From: Geopsychrobacteraceae bacterium
GTDB lineage: Bacteria; Desulfobacterota; Desulfuromonadia; Desulfuromonadales; Geopsychrobacteraceae
Length of the DNA: 64,000 nucleotides
Direction: 5' to 3'
Assembly: GCA_963664385.1 (NCBI GenBank)
Contig: OY761157.1
Coordinates: 1,207,634-1,271,633 of the forward strand
Part shown: positions 28,737 through 37,700 of the stretch, one piece after another
How positions within the stretch are numbered: the stretch's first letter is position 1
How the letters are laid out: the number at the start of each line of letters is the position of its first letter
Program-made: the position numbers and the translations under genes
Notes under the pieces: generated by a model
Database searches by the model: none
The model's input: only the letters and a program-made list of their open reading frames with translations
Told to the model about the DNA's origin: nothing

Positions 28737-29406
28737 CTTGTGCGTTCAGATCCTCTTTTTTCCCGGCCATGACCACTTCACCACGATCCATGACAACATA
28801 AGTATCGGCCAGTTCCTGGGCAAAATCAAAGTACTGTTCAACCAGTAGAATGGCCATATCACCACGATCAGCAAGCAGCCGGATTACGCGACCGATATCC
28901 TTGATGATTGACGGCTGAATCCCTTCGGTTGGTTCATCCAAAACCAGCAACCGCGGCCGGGTTACCAGGGCCCGGGCAATAGCCAGCTGTTGCTGCTGAC
29001 CACCGGACAAGTCACCGCCACGGCGGCCAAGCATTTCCTTTAAAACCGGAAACAGTTCGAAAATCTCATCCTGAACATGGCGCAAGGAACGCGGTACACA
29101 AGCAAATCCCGTACGCAGGTTTTCTTCAACGGTGAGCAGGGGAAAAATTTCACGCCCCTGAGGGACAAAAGCAATCCCCTTGGCGGCTCGTTCATAGGGA
29201 GGCATTTTGGTAATATCGTTAGCTTCCCACAGGATTTGACCATTGTGCACCGGGTGCTGGCCAACAACCCCGCGCATCAGGCTGGTTTTACCTACCCCAT
29301 TACGCCCGAGCACACAGGTCACCTCACCAATATTCGCTTCGCAACTGACGCTTTTCAGCGCCTGGCTGGCACCATAATAAAGATCGATATTTTTTACTTT
29401 CAACAT
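28711..29406 (-). CDS. urtE: Urea ABC transporter ATP-binding protein UrtE
   Basis: Walker A GRNGVGKTS, signature LSGGQQQ, Walker B LLVLDEP. Start set to ATG 29406 (MLKVKNIDLYYG), 2 nt after the urtD stop. Confidence 0.9.
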   Translation of the reverse strand: MLKVKNIDLYYGASQALKSVSCEANIGEVTCVLGRNGVGKTSLMRGVVGQHPVHNGQILWEANDITKMPPYERAAKGIAFVPQGREIFPLLTVEENLRTGFACVPRSLRHVQDEIFELFPVLKEMLGRRGGDLSGGQQQQLAIARALVTRPRLLVLDEPTEGIQPSIIKDIGRVIRLLADRGDMAILLVEQYFDFAQELADTYVVMDRGEVVMAGKKEDLNAQDVRSYLTV

Positions 29407-29408
29407 GA

Positions 29409-30197
29409 TTAACGCCCCAGATAAACTTCGATAACGCGCTCGTCGTTCTGTACCTTGTCCAGGGAGCCTTCTGCCAGGACACTCCCTTCGTGCATAACCG
29501 TAACCCGACAATCAAGAGCCCGCACAAAGTCCATATCGTGCTCAACAACCACGACAGAGCGTTGCTCTTTTTCAGCAATACGTTTCAGCAGGATCGCTGT
29601 CTGTTCGGTTTCAGCATCGGTCATTCCGGCGACCGGCTCGTCAACCAGAAGGAGTTCCGGCTCCTGCATCAGCAACATGCCGATCTCAAGCCACTGTTTC
29701 TGACCGTGAGAAAGATCACCCGCCATTTTCTGACATTGTTCTGTCAAGGCAATCGTCTGCAGAACCTCTTCGATACGATCACGCTGTTTCCCTTTCAATT
29801 TGAACCAGAGTGACTCAAAAACACCACGCTGTCCGGCCAGGGCAAGTTCCAGATTATCAAAAACACTTAAGGTTTCAAATACCGTCGGCTTCTGAAATTT
29901 ACGGCCAATGCCAAGGTTGGCCACCTCTGCTTCATCGAGGCGGGTCAAATCGATATTATTGCGATAGACAACGCGCCCTAGGTCAGGGCGGGTTTTACCG
30001 GTAATAACATCCATCATGGTCGTTTTGCCCGCCCCGTTGGGACCAATGATCGCCCGCATCTTGCCGGTTTTGACATAAAAGCTGAGGTCATTTAAAGCTT
30101 TGAAACCATCGAAGGACACGGTCACCCCGTCCAGATAGAGAATTGTATCTCCGGCAGCGTCAAAATCAGTCTTCTTTAACAGCACACTCGCTTCCAT
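29409..30197 (-). CDS. urtD: Urea ABC transporter ATP-binding protein UrtD
   Basis: Walker A GPNGAGKTT, signature LSHGQKQ, Walker B LLLVDEP. Confidence 0.9.
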   Translation of the reverse strand: MEASVLLKKTDFDAAGDTILYLDGVTVSFDGFKALNDLSFYVKTGKMRAIIGPNGAGKTTMMDVITGKTRPDLGRVVYRNNIDLTRLDEAEVANLGIGRKFQKPTVFETLSVFDNLELALAGQRGVFESLWFKLKGKQRDRIEEVLQTIALTEQCQKMAGDLSHGQKQWLEIGMLLMQEPELLLVDEPVAGMTDAETEQTAILLKRIAEKEQRSVVVVEHDMDFVRALDCRVTVMHEGSVLAEGSLDKVQNDERVIEVYLGR

Positions 30198-31354
30198 CAG
30201 TGACCTCCTTCTTCCTGAACCGATGAGCCACCACTGTCATTCGAACGCGCATGCTTCTTTTTGTAGAGGTCAAACAAACCCACCACACCGCGGGGTAAAA
30301 ACAGAGTTGCGACAATAAACAATCCACCCAGGGCATACAACCACATCTCGGGCAGGGCGCCAGTGAAATAGGTTTTCCCGTAATTGACCAGCAATGCTCC
30401 CAGAGCCGCACCAAATAAAGTGCCACGTCCGCCGACAGCAACCCAGATGACTATTTCTATGGAGTTGGCCGGGGCAAATTCGCTGGGGTTGATAATCCCG
30501 ACCTGGGGAACATAAAGGGCACCGGCGATACCGGCCATAACTCCAGACACCACAAAAACAAACAGCTTGTATTTTTCAACCCGGTAACCGAGAAAGCGAA
30601 TGCGACTTTCGGCATCGCGCACCGCGACAAGAACGCGCCCCAAGCGGGAATTTACGATAATCCGGCAACCAATATAGCATAGAGCCAGGGCCAGGGCGGA
30701 GGCGACAAACAAGGCAATCCGGGTCCCGTCGGCCTGTAAGTTAAAGCCAAGAATATCTTTAAAATCGGTCAGGCCATTGTTGCCACCGAACCCCATATCG
30801 TTGCGGAAGAAGGCCAGCAACAGAGCATAGGTCAGAGCCTGGCTGATGATTGACAGGTAAACACCGGTGACCCGGGAGCGGAATGCGAACCAGCCGAAAA
30901 CAAAAGCCAGAATTCCGGGGATGACCATGACCATCACCATGGCAAAAATAAAATTATCAAATCCGTACCAGTACCAGGGCAACTCCTTCCAGTTCAAGAA
31001 GACCATAAAGTCTGGGAGGATGGGATTACCATAAACACCACGGTCACCGATCTGACGCATCAGGTACATCCCCATGGCGTAGCCACCCAGAGCGAAAAAA
31101 GCACCATGCCCCAGACTCAGAATGCCGCAGAAGCCCCAGATCAGGTCGACACTTAAAGCCAACAGAGCAAAGGTCAGGTACTTGCCACACAAGCTGACCA
31201 GGTAGGTGGGGATATGCAATGCCGAACCTTCAGGCACCAGCAGATTACAAACCGGGACGACCACGGCAACCAGGGCCAGAAAACCAAGCAGGATCAATCC
31301 GCCACGATCAGAACGCAGCAGCTTCGAAGGATTGTTCGCTAAAGCCATGATCAA
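30197..31354 (-). CDS. urtC: Urea ABC transporter permease UrtC (LivM-type)
   Basis: Polytopic branched-chain-type permease in the conserved urt gene order. Confidence 0.9.
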   Translation of the reverse strand: MIMALANNPSKLLRSDRGGLILLGFLALVAVVVPVCNLLVPEGSALHIPTYLVSLCGKYLTFALLALSVDLIWGFCGILSLGHGAFFALGGYAMGMYLMRQIGDRGVYGNPILPDFMVFLNWKELPWYWYGFDNFIFAMVMVMVIPGILAFVFGWFAFRSRVTGVYLSIISQALTYALLLAFFRNDMGFGGNNGLTDFKDILGFNLQADGTRIALFVASALALALCYIGCRIIVNSRLGRVLVAVRDAESRIRFLGYRVEKYKLFVFVVSGVMAGIAGALYVPQVGIINPSEFAPANSIEIVIWVAVGGRGTLFGAALGALLVNYGKTYFTGALPEMWLYALGGLFIVATLFLPRGVVGLFDLYKKKHARSNDSGGSSVQEEGGH

Positions 31355-32994
31355 TTCTCCACTGCACGCCCCTTAAGAGCAAATAAGCCTCTTGGACGTT
31401 TTTGAATAAACAGGATTATCAGGACCAGAATCAGAATCTTGCCAAGTACGGCACCGGCGTAAGGCTCAAGAAATTTATTACCAAGCCCTAAGGAGAACGC
31501 CCCGATCAGGGTCCCCCACAGGTTACCAACGCCACCGAAAACCACCACCATGAAGGAATCAATAATGTAGGACTGGCCAAGGTTCGGGCTGACGTTATCG
31601 ATCTGACTCAGGGCGACCCCGGCCATGCCGGCGATACCGGAGCCTAAGCCGAAGGTCAAAGCATCAACACGACCGGTACGGGTTCCCATCGACTGCGCCA
31701 TGCGCCGATTTTGGGTGACTGCTCGCATCTGCAGTCCAAAATAGCTGCGCCGCAGCAACAATCCAATGGCACCAAGAACAACCAGGCTAAAGAGAATGAT
31801 CCAGATGCGGTTATAGGTGAGTACCAGGCCACTGTCAAAGGTCATCGCCCCACTCATCCATGAAGGGTTACTGACTTCCTGATTGGTCGGGCCGAAAATT
31901 GAACGGATCAACTGCTGCAGGATCAGACTGACCCCCCAGGTTGCCAGCAGGGTTTCAAGGCTACGTCCATAGAGAAAGCGGATAACACCACGCTCAATGA
32001 CGATCCCGACCATTCCGGCGACCAGAAAGGCCGCCGGAATGGCCAGAATCAAAGCCCAATCAATTGCGCCAGGGAAATAGTTATGGAACAACTGCTGGAC
32101 CATGTAAGTGGTATAGGCACCGATCATAACCATTTCGCCATGGGCCATATTGATAACCCCCATAACCCCAAAAGTTATAGCCAGGCCGATGGCCGCAAGC
32201 AGTAAAACCGAACCAAGGCTTAACCCCCGGAACAGATGGCCAACACCGTTCCAAAAAGACAGGCGCAGTTCGATTTTCTGAATCGCTTTCTTGGCAGCGT
32301 TGAAAACTGCGCTATCGGTTTCTACAGGTTTGCCTTCATTATCCAGCGCCGTTACCTGGAGCAGGAGGTTTTTTATTTCCGGATTGGGATTTTCTGCCAG
32401 CACAGCAACGGCAGCAACCCTCTCTGTGGTTACGCTGGATGAAAACAGCTGAATTGCGGCCATGGTCAATTCCAGCTGATTTTTAATCTCCGCAACCTCT
32501 TCCCGGTCATAAGCCTTTTTCAACAGGGGAAGCATCTCCGGCGAACGGGTTTTAAACAATGCATCAATAGATTCCAAACGACGGGCCGGGTCTTTACTCA
32601 TCAAGCTCAAGCCGCCAATTGCACCTCTGAGCACACCACGCAGACGATTATTGACCCGAACTTTTGTCAGTTCGTTTTTCGGTAATTGTTCCAGTTCGGT
32701 CATTGTCAACGGATCGATCAGCACAATAATCTGCCCCTGGGCATCACCGATAACCACCCGGTCATCACTCTTTCTGGTGTACAGGTTGCCAGCGAGCATT
32801 GCTTCAAGAATAGGGACAGCCCGATCGTCACCCGTTTCTGCAAGGGTTTCGACGGCATCACCTTTCTTGCTATAACTCCCCTCGGCCAGCGCGGCGACCT
32901 GATCGGCAAAATCAGCCCACACAGAAGAGCTTGCCAACAGCAGCACGACCCAGCAGCACATCAATATTCTGATCATTTTATTTATCTGAGGCAT
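31351..32994 (-). CDS. urtB: Urea ABC transporter permease UrtB (LivH-type with a long N-terminal periplasmic extension)
   Basis: Signal/TM segment, then about 250 aa of soluble extension, then a LivH-like permease core. Start trimmed to ATG 32994 or 32976, because the TTG-initiated extension would run through an intercistronic hairpin. Confidence 0.85.
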   Translation of the reverse strand: MPQINKMIRILMCCWVVLLLASSSVWADFADQVAALAEGSYSKKGDAVETLAETGDDRAVPILEAMLAGNLYTRKSDDRVVIGDAQGQIIVLIDPLTMTELEQLPKNELTKVRVNNRLRGVLRGAIGGLSLMSKDPARRLESIDALFKTRSPEMLPLLKKAYDREEVAEIKNQLELTMAAIQLFSSSVTTERVAAVAVLAENPNPEIKNLLLQVTALDNEGKPVETDSAVFNAAKKAIQKIELRLSFWNGVGHLFRGLSLGSVLLLAAIGLAITFGVMGVINMAHGEMVMIGAYTTYMVQQLFHNYFPGAIDWALILAIPAAFLVAGMVGIVIERGVIRFLYGRSLETLLATWGVSLILQQLIRSIFGPTNQEVSNPSWMSGAMTFDSGLVLTYNRIWIILFSLVVLGAIGLLLRRSYFGLQMRAVTQNRRMAQSMGTRTGRVDALTFGLGSGIAGMAGVALSQIDNVSPNLGQSYIIDSFMVVVFGGVGNLWGTLIGAFSLGLGNKFLEPYAGAVLGKILILVLIILFIQKRPRGLFALKGRAVEN

Positions 32995-33025
32995 GTTCGT
33001 TAACCAATTGATTGAGTCAAGTTTA

Positions 33026-33051
33026 GAAGGGGAACCAGAAGGCTCCCCTTC
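33026..33051 (-). other. Intercistronic stem-loop between urtA and urtB
   Basis: Perfect 8-bp stem GAAGGGGA/TCCCCTTC with a 10-nt loop. The position is typical of mRNA-stabilising hairpins after binding-protein genes. Confidence 0.5.
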
Positions 33052-33092
33052 AGACAACTTTCGTTTGTCAAATTCTTGCTTTCTACAGAATT

Positions 33093-34373
33093 TTACTTTG
33101 CTTCATAAACGGGTTTTTCACAGTTGCCACACACCCAGGGGTAGGTCCAGTCAGCGGTCAGCTTGGCACTTTCCGGAATAAAGTCACTCCAGGCATCGCC
33201 GACGACAACACCGTCAGTGCTCCAGACGGTATCCATCTGGCCATCAGCCTGGATTTCACCAATCAGAACCGGCTTGGACAGGTGATGGTTGGTATTCATG
33301 ACCGCAACACCACCGGTGAGGTTTTTAACTTTTTGGCCGTACATGGCTTGGCGAACAGCGTCCACATTGGTGGTACCGGCCTGCTTAACAGCTTGAACCC
33401 ACATGTTGAAACCAATGTAATGAGCTTCCATAGGGTCGTTGGTAACGCGCTTGTCATCTTTAATAAAGGCATGCCATTTCTTGATGAAGGCAGCGTTTTC
33501 AGGGGTATCAACCGACATGAAGTAGTTCCAGGCAGTCAGGTGGCCAACCAATGGTTCGGTATCAAGGCCGGCAAGTTCTTCTTCACCGACGGAGAAAGCA
33601 ACAACCGGGATCTCCTCAGCGCTGATTCCCTGGTTAGCAAGTTCTTTGTAGAATGGGACGTTGGCATCACCGTTAATGGTTGAAACAACGGCGGTCTTTT
33701 TACCGGCAGAAGCAAATTTCTTAACGTCGGCGACAATGGTCTGCCAGTCGGAATGACCGAATGGTGTGTAGTTTTCCATGATGTCAGCATCTTTTACCCC
33801 TTTGGAGTGGAGGTAAGAGCGCAAAATCTTGTTGGTGGTACGAGGATAAACATAGTCAGTACCGAGCAGAACCCAACGCTTGGCAGCGCCACCGTCTTCG
33901 CTCATCAGGTAATCAACAGCAGGAACGGCCTGCTGATTTGGAGCAGCACCGGTGTAGAATACGTTGCGAGAGCTCTCTTCACCTTCGTACTGAACCGGGT
34001 AAAACAGCAGGCTGTTCAGTTCTTCAAAAACTGGCAGGACAGATTTACGTGATACTGAAGTCCAGCAACCGAAAACAACGTCAACCTTGTCCTTCTCGAT
34101 CAATTCACGTGCTTTTTCAGCGAACAGTGGCCAGTTAGAAGCCGGGTCAACAACAACAGCTTCAACTTTCTTGCCAAGCAAGCCACCGTTTTTATTGAGA
34201 TCATCAACTAGCATCAGCATGGTATCCTTAAGAGTTGTTTCACTGATAGCCATAGTGCCTGACAGAGAATGCAGAACACCTACCTTGATGGTATCGGCAG
34301 CAAATACCTGCTGACTGAACACTGTTGCGAGAACCAGCAGCACAAGAATCAATCCTTTACCGAATGTCTTCAT
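33093..34373 (-). CDS. urtA: Urea ABC transporter substrate-binding protein UrtA
   Basis: Signal peptide MKTFGKGLILVLLVLATVFSQQVFA. Type I PBP with GCWTSVSRKSVLPVFEE..FYPVQYEG and GAAPNQQ. Start at ATG 34373, with AAAGGAGAAA upstream. Confidence 0.93.
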   Translation of the reverse strand: MKTFGKGLILVLLVLATVFSQQVFAADTIKVGVLHSLSGTMAISETTLKDTMLMLVDDLNKNGGLLGKKVEAVVVDPASNWPLFAEKARELIEKDKVDVVFGCWTSVSRKSVLPVFEELNSLLFYPVQYEGEESSRNVFYTGAAPNQQAVPAVDYLMSEDGGAAKRWVLLGTDYVYPRTTNKILRSYLHSKGVKDADIMENYTPFGHSDWQTIVADVKKFASAGKKTAVVSTINGDANVPFYKELANQGISAEEIPVVAFSVGEEELAGLDTEPLVGHLTAWNYFMSVDTPENAAFIKKWHAFIKDDKRVTNDPMEAHYIGFNMWVQAVKQAGTTNVDAVRQAMYGQKVKNLTGGVAVMNTNHHLSKPVLIGEIQADGQMDTVWSTDGVVVGDAWSDFIPESAKLTADWTYPWVCGNCEKPVYEAK

Positions 34374-34608
34374 CACACCTTTTCTCCTTTTAACGTTGAG
34401 TGATTTATGGAACCTGTTGTCCGCCTCTGCGAACTTTAAATAATAAAAAACCCACACCAACCCTCTTCGGGTCGATGTGGGCGCCATTGCCCTGATCTTA
34501 CCGGGAATCAGAATCTCAATGATTTGATTCTGAACCTTTTCTCTATGGGACAGTTGTATCACCTTTACGGCAACCAGCAATCGAGTGATGCACTGGTCCC
34601 AGTATTGA

Positions 34609-34623
34609 GCAACAGGTGTGCCA
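34609..34623 (-). promoter_or_regulatory. Sigma-54 (-24/-12) promoter of the urt-ure array
   Basis: The minus strand reads TGGCACacctgTTGC, an exact consensus, 236 nt upstream of the urtA ATG. Confidence 0.8.
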
Positions 34624-34766
34624 AGTTACAAAATTATTATTCGTGCTACTTATGGTTTTAAAAATGGCCCAAGTCTTGCTTTATTTATATAAGATATAAA
34701 GGGAATGCGCAGAAATAGAGCTGTTCATCAGAGCTTGATGACGGGACAATTTAGCAAAAGTAGCGC

Positions 34767-34780
34767 GGGACACATGTCCC
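34767..34780. promoter_or_regulatory. Perfect 14-bp palindrome, candidate activator/repressor site
   Basis: GGGACAcaTGTCCC lies 145-160 bp upstream of the -24 element. An extra GGGACA half-site is at 34743-48, and a second palindrome TCATCA-N5-TGATGA is at 34725-41. Confidence 0.4.
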
Positions 34781-34893
34781 ACACAGGCAGCGTTCAACCT
34801 TCAGAAAACATGACACAATCGATCAATAAATAGGCAGAAATCATGTCATTGGCGATTTTTTAAACACCAGAAGCCATTGCCAGGAGCAATATA

Positions 34894-37011
34894 ATGAGTA
34901 ACAAAAACAACCGTCCGGTCAAAATCGGGCTCATCTTCTCAACGACCGGAACAACGTCTATTGTTGAAGAAGGACAGTTACAAGCGTGCCTCCTGGGCAT
35001 TGATGAAGTCAATAACCGTGGCAATATCCGCTTTAAAGCCATTATTGAAGATATCAAGTCCAATCCGCAAATCGCGGCAGAAAAAGCCCATAAACTGTTA
35101 ACCGAAGATCATGTTGATCTGCTGATTGGCTGCTGGACTTCTGCTTGCCGCAAGGCGGTATTACCTGTCCTGGAAGAAACAGGTGGTTTACTCCTTTATC
35201 CAAATAATTATGAAGGGCTCGAATCGCACCCCCAGGTCTTTTATCTTGGCGCCGTACCAAACCAACAAGTTGAGTCCATCCTGAGTTGGGTTGTCGCCAA
35301 CCTGGCGAGTCGCTTTATTTTACTTGGATCTGATTATATCTACCCACGTTCAGCAAATCAGCAGGTTCGTCAATGGGTTGAGCGCATCGATCCGGAAATG
35401 ATTATTCACGAACAATACTTCCCCCTGGGGCATTCCGACTTCGGCAATTTCATTCATGATCTCTCCCCACTACTGACAGATGACAAGCCCGTCGTCATTG
35501 TCTCTAATCTGGTCGGATCGAGTGTTGTCGATTTTTATCGCCAGTACCATCAGGCCGGATTCAACGCCCCGATCATCAGTCCGATCACTTCCGAACGCGA
35601 GATTGCAGCCATCGGATCTGAGGCCGCTTCAGGCCATTATTGCACCTCTGGATACTTCCAGGCTTTGAGTAATGAAGAAAATAAACGGTTTATCAGTCAC
35701 TATTATTCACGCTTTGGAGAAACCACCATCAATGGCGCCATGGAGTTCGCCTACGATGCTATCCGGCTCCTTGAACAAACCTATGACCAGGACCTGCTGA
35801 AGATTACTGAGCCTCAACAGCGCAATGAACTATTGCGCGAACGCTTGAAGCACCAGTCCCTTGATGCGCCCCAGGGAAAACTGATCGTCGATCCGCAAAA
35901 CCAGCACCTTTGGCTGTGGTCGCGGATTGGCAAGATTAAAAATGACAGCAGCATCGATGTTGTCTGGGAATCTGCCGGGCCAATTCCCCCTTATCCCTTT
36001 AGTGACACTCAGAAGACGAGCGGACAGCAACCGGCTTACCACTATAAACGCGACCCATTCAATACGATTCTTGGCCGCAACCCGAAACTGCGCGAGACCA
36101 AGCGGGTTGCCGAAGTCGCATCAAAAACCCGCTCCAACGTTCTGCTTGAAGGGGAAACCGGCTGTGGAAAATGCCTTTTCGCTAAAGCGATACACCAGGG
36201 CAGCATTCTGGCAAACGAGCCCTTCGTAGAACAACCCTGTGCCGGTTTCAGTGAAGTGGAATTACAGATTCAACTCTTTGGGGACGCATCGGGTAAAAAC
36301 CCAGGAGCACTTGAGCTTGCCAACGGGGGGACGCTGCTGCTTAAGAATATTGGCGAACTCCCTCTGACCATTCAGCAGCAGTTGCTCGACACCCTTCAAA
36401 AAGGACAGCTTCTACGTCATGGTGAAGAGCATTTAAGGCCTCTTGAAATCCGTATCATTTCAACAACAACCAGAGATCTACTACAGGAAATCGCGTTTAA
36501 TGGTACTTTTTTAAGTGATCTCTTCAACCATCTGGCTGTATTTACCATCACCCTGCCGGCGTTACGTGAATTTAGCGATGATATTCCGGAGTTGTGCTCC
36601 CATTTTTTAAGGCAACTTAACCAGAAAAATTCATCCCACAAGCAGCTTGCCGCAGAAACAATTACTGCATTAATGAGCTACTCCTGGCCCGGCAACATTC
36701 ATGAACTGATCATTACCATCGAACGCGCTTTTTACTTATCCCTTGATCAGGAAATTATCCGCCTTGGGCAATTGCCTGCACCAATCGCAAATAGCTGCAC
36801 CCAACGCAACCAGACAATACGACCAGTGGCTTCCGACCTAAAAAAGAAAACATCGCCCAACGCTGATTACAGCCTCATAGAACAAGCCATACGAGATGCT
36901 GACTACAACATGAGTCAGGCCGCCAAACAGCTGGGTATTTCTCGCAGCACCCTGTATCGGAAAATTGAAAAATTACAGATCAAGCTTAAAGCGGAAATTG
37001 TACGGAGGTGA
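34894..37011 (+). CDS. Regulator: cytoplasmic AmiC/UrtA-like ligand-binding domain fused to a degenerate sigma-54-EBP AAA+ domain and a Fis-type HTH
   Basis: The N-terminal ~375 aa carry AmiC/UrtA motifs (RPVKIGLIFSTTGTT, GCWTSACRKAVLPVLEE, GSDYIYPRSAN, DAPQGKLIVDPQNQH) and no signal peptide. The AAA+ region has GETGCGKC, GGTLLLKNI in place of the Walker B DE, and no GAFTGA. The HTH is MSQAAKQLGISRSTLYRKI. Confidence 0.85.
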   Translation: MSNKNNRPVKIGLIFSTTGTTSIVEEGQLQACLLGIDEVNNRGNIRFKAIIEDIKSNPQIAAEKAHKLLTEDHVDLLIGCWTSACRKAVLPVLEETGGLLLYPNNYEGLESHPQVFYLGAVPNQQVESILSWVVANLASRFILLGSDYIYPRSANQQVRQWVERIDPEMIIHEQYFPLGHSDFGNFIHDLSPLLTDDKPVVIVSNLVGSSVVDFYRQYHQAGFNAPIISPITSEREIAAIGSEAASGHYCTSGYFQALSNEENKRFISHYYSRFGETTINGAMEFAYDAIRLLEQTYDQDLLKITEPQQRNELLRERLKHQSLDAPQGKLIVDPQNQHLWLWSRIGKIKNDSSIDVVWESAGPIPPYPFSDTQKTSGQQPAYHYKRDPFNTILGRNPKLRETKRVAEVASKTRSNVLLEGETGCGKCLFAKAIHQGSILANEPFVEQPCAGFSEVELQIQLFGDASGKNPGALELANGGTLLLKNIGELPLTIQQQLLDTLQKGQLLRHGEEHLRPLEIRIISTTTRDLLQEIAFNGTFLSDLFNHLAVFTITLPALREFSDDIPELCSHFLRQLNQKNSSHKQLAAETITALMSYSWPGNIHELIITIERAFYLSLDQEIIRLGQLPAPIANSCTQRNQTIRPVASDLKKKTSPNADYSLIEQAIRDADYNMSQAAKQLGISRSTLYRKIEKLQIKLKAEIVRR

Positions 37012-37051
37012 AATCCTTCGATGAATCAAGAAATTTTGCGGATAGGCCTAT

Positions 37052-37164
37052 CGACGCAAAGGCGCTGAGAATTGTAGAGACCGCAGAGATTTTTAAGGTT
37101 TAAAACTAACCCCAAGGTTCTGTCTGCGTTTCTTTGCGTCCTTCGCGTCTCTGCGTTAAAAAAT
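37052..37164. repeat. REP-like intergenic repeat, copy B (longer)
   Basis: Shares ACGCAAAGGCG (37054-64) and GCGTCTCTGCGTTAAAAAA (37145-63) with copy A. Sits between the convergent stops of the regulator and mobB. Confidence 0.7.
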
Positions 37165-37170
37165 CAATTT

Positions 37171-37692
37171 TCACAAAGACCGGGTAATTCCCAGATAGCC
37201 GAGAATAAAATCAACAACCTGCTGCGGATCGTTAAGATCGAGCATGGGCAGACCGGTGGCACAGGGGGCATCACTGACAATAGCAACGATGTTGCGATGG
37301 GTCCCTTCTTCAGCCAGGGTTTGCGGTGGGCAATGGGCCTGGCGATGGACTTCTATCTTGGGCAGACTGCTGTCCTTGAACCCTTCAACAACAACCAGAT
37401 CAAGGCCGGTACAATACTGCTCCAGCAGAACCTCGAGCGCTGGAGGCTCAAGGTTCTGCTTAACCACAGCAGTCTTTTCCTTAGAGGCGATAATCGTAGT
37501 TGCAGCCCCTGCAGCGGTAAAGCGATAACTGTCCTTACCTGGCTTATCAATCTCAAAGTCATGAGCATCATGCTTAATGGCACCAACGCGATAACCTCGG
37601 CTGGACAGAATTTTGATGACTGCCTCAACCAGCGTTGTTTTACCAGTACCAGATAACCGGGCCACAAATGATATCGCTTTAGTCATGGACAT
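37171..37692 (-). CDS. mobB: Molybdopterin-guanine dinucleotide biosynthesis adapter protein MobB
   Basis: P-loop SGTGKTT and MobB motif GAIKHDAHDFEIDKPGKDS. Confidence 0.85.
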   Translation of the reverse strand: MSMTKAISFVARLSGTGKTTLVEAVIKILSSRGYRVGAIKHDAHDFEIDKPGKDSYRFTAAGAATTIIASKEKTAVVKQNLEPPALEVLLEQYCTGLDLVVVEGFKDSSLPKIEVHRQAHCPPQTLAEEGTHRNIVAIVSDAPCATGLPMLDLNDPQQVVDFILGYLGITRSL

Positions 37693-37700
37693 TAACCCAA

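Noticed and set aside
32995-33057. TTG-initiated N-terminal extension of urtB
   Set aside because: It would be translated through a perfect intercistronic hairpin (33026-33051), and the signal/TM segment begins after the internal ATGs.
34374-34580. 69-codon N-terminal extension of urtA in the ORF track (ORF 33093-34580)
   Set aside because: A canonical signal peptide and a strong SD (AAAGGAG) occur at the internal ATG 34373. The extension has no signal-like or domain features.
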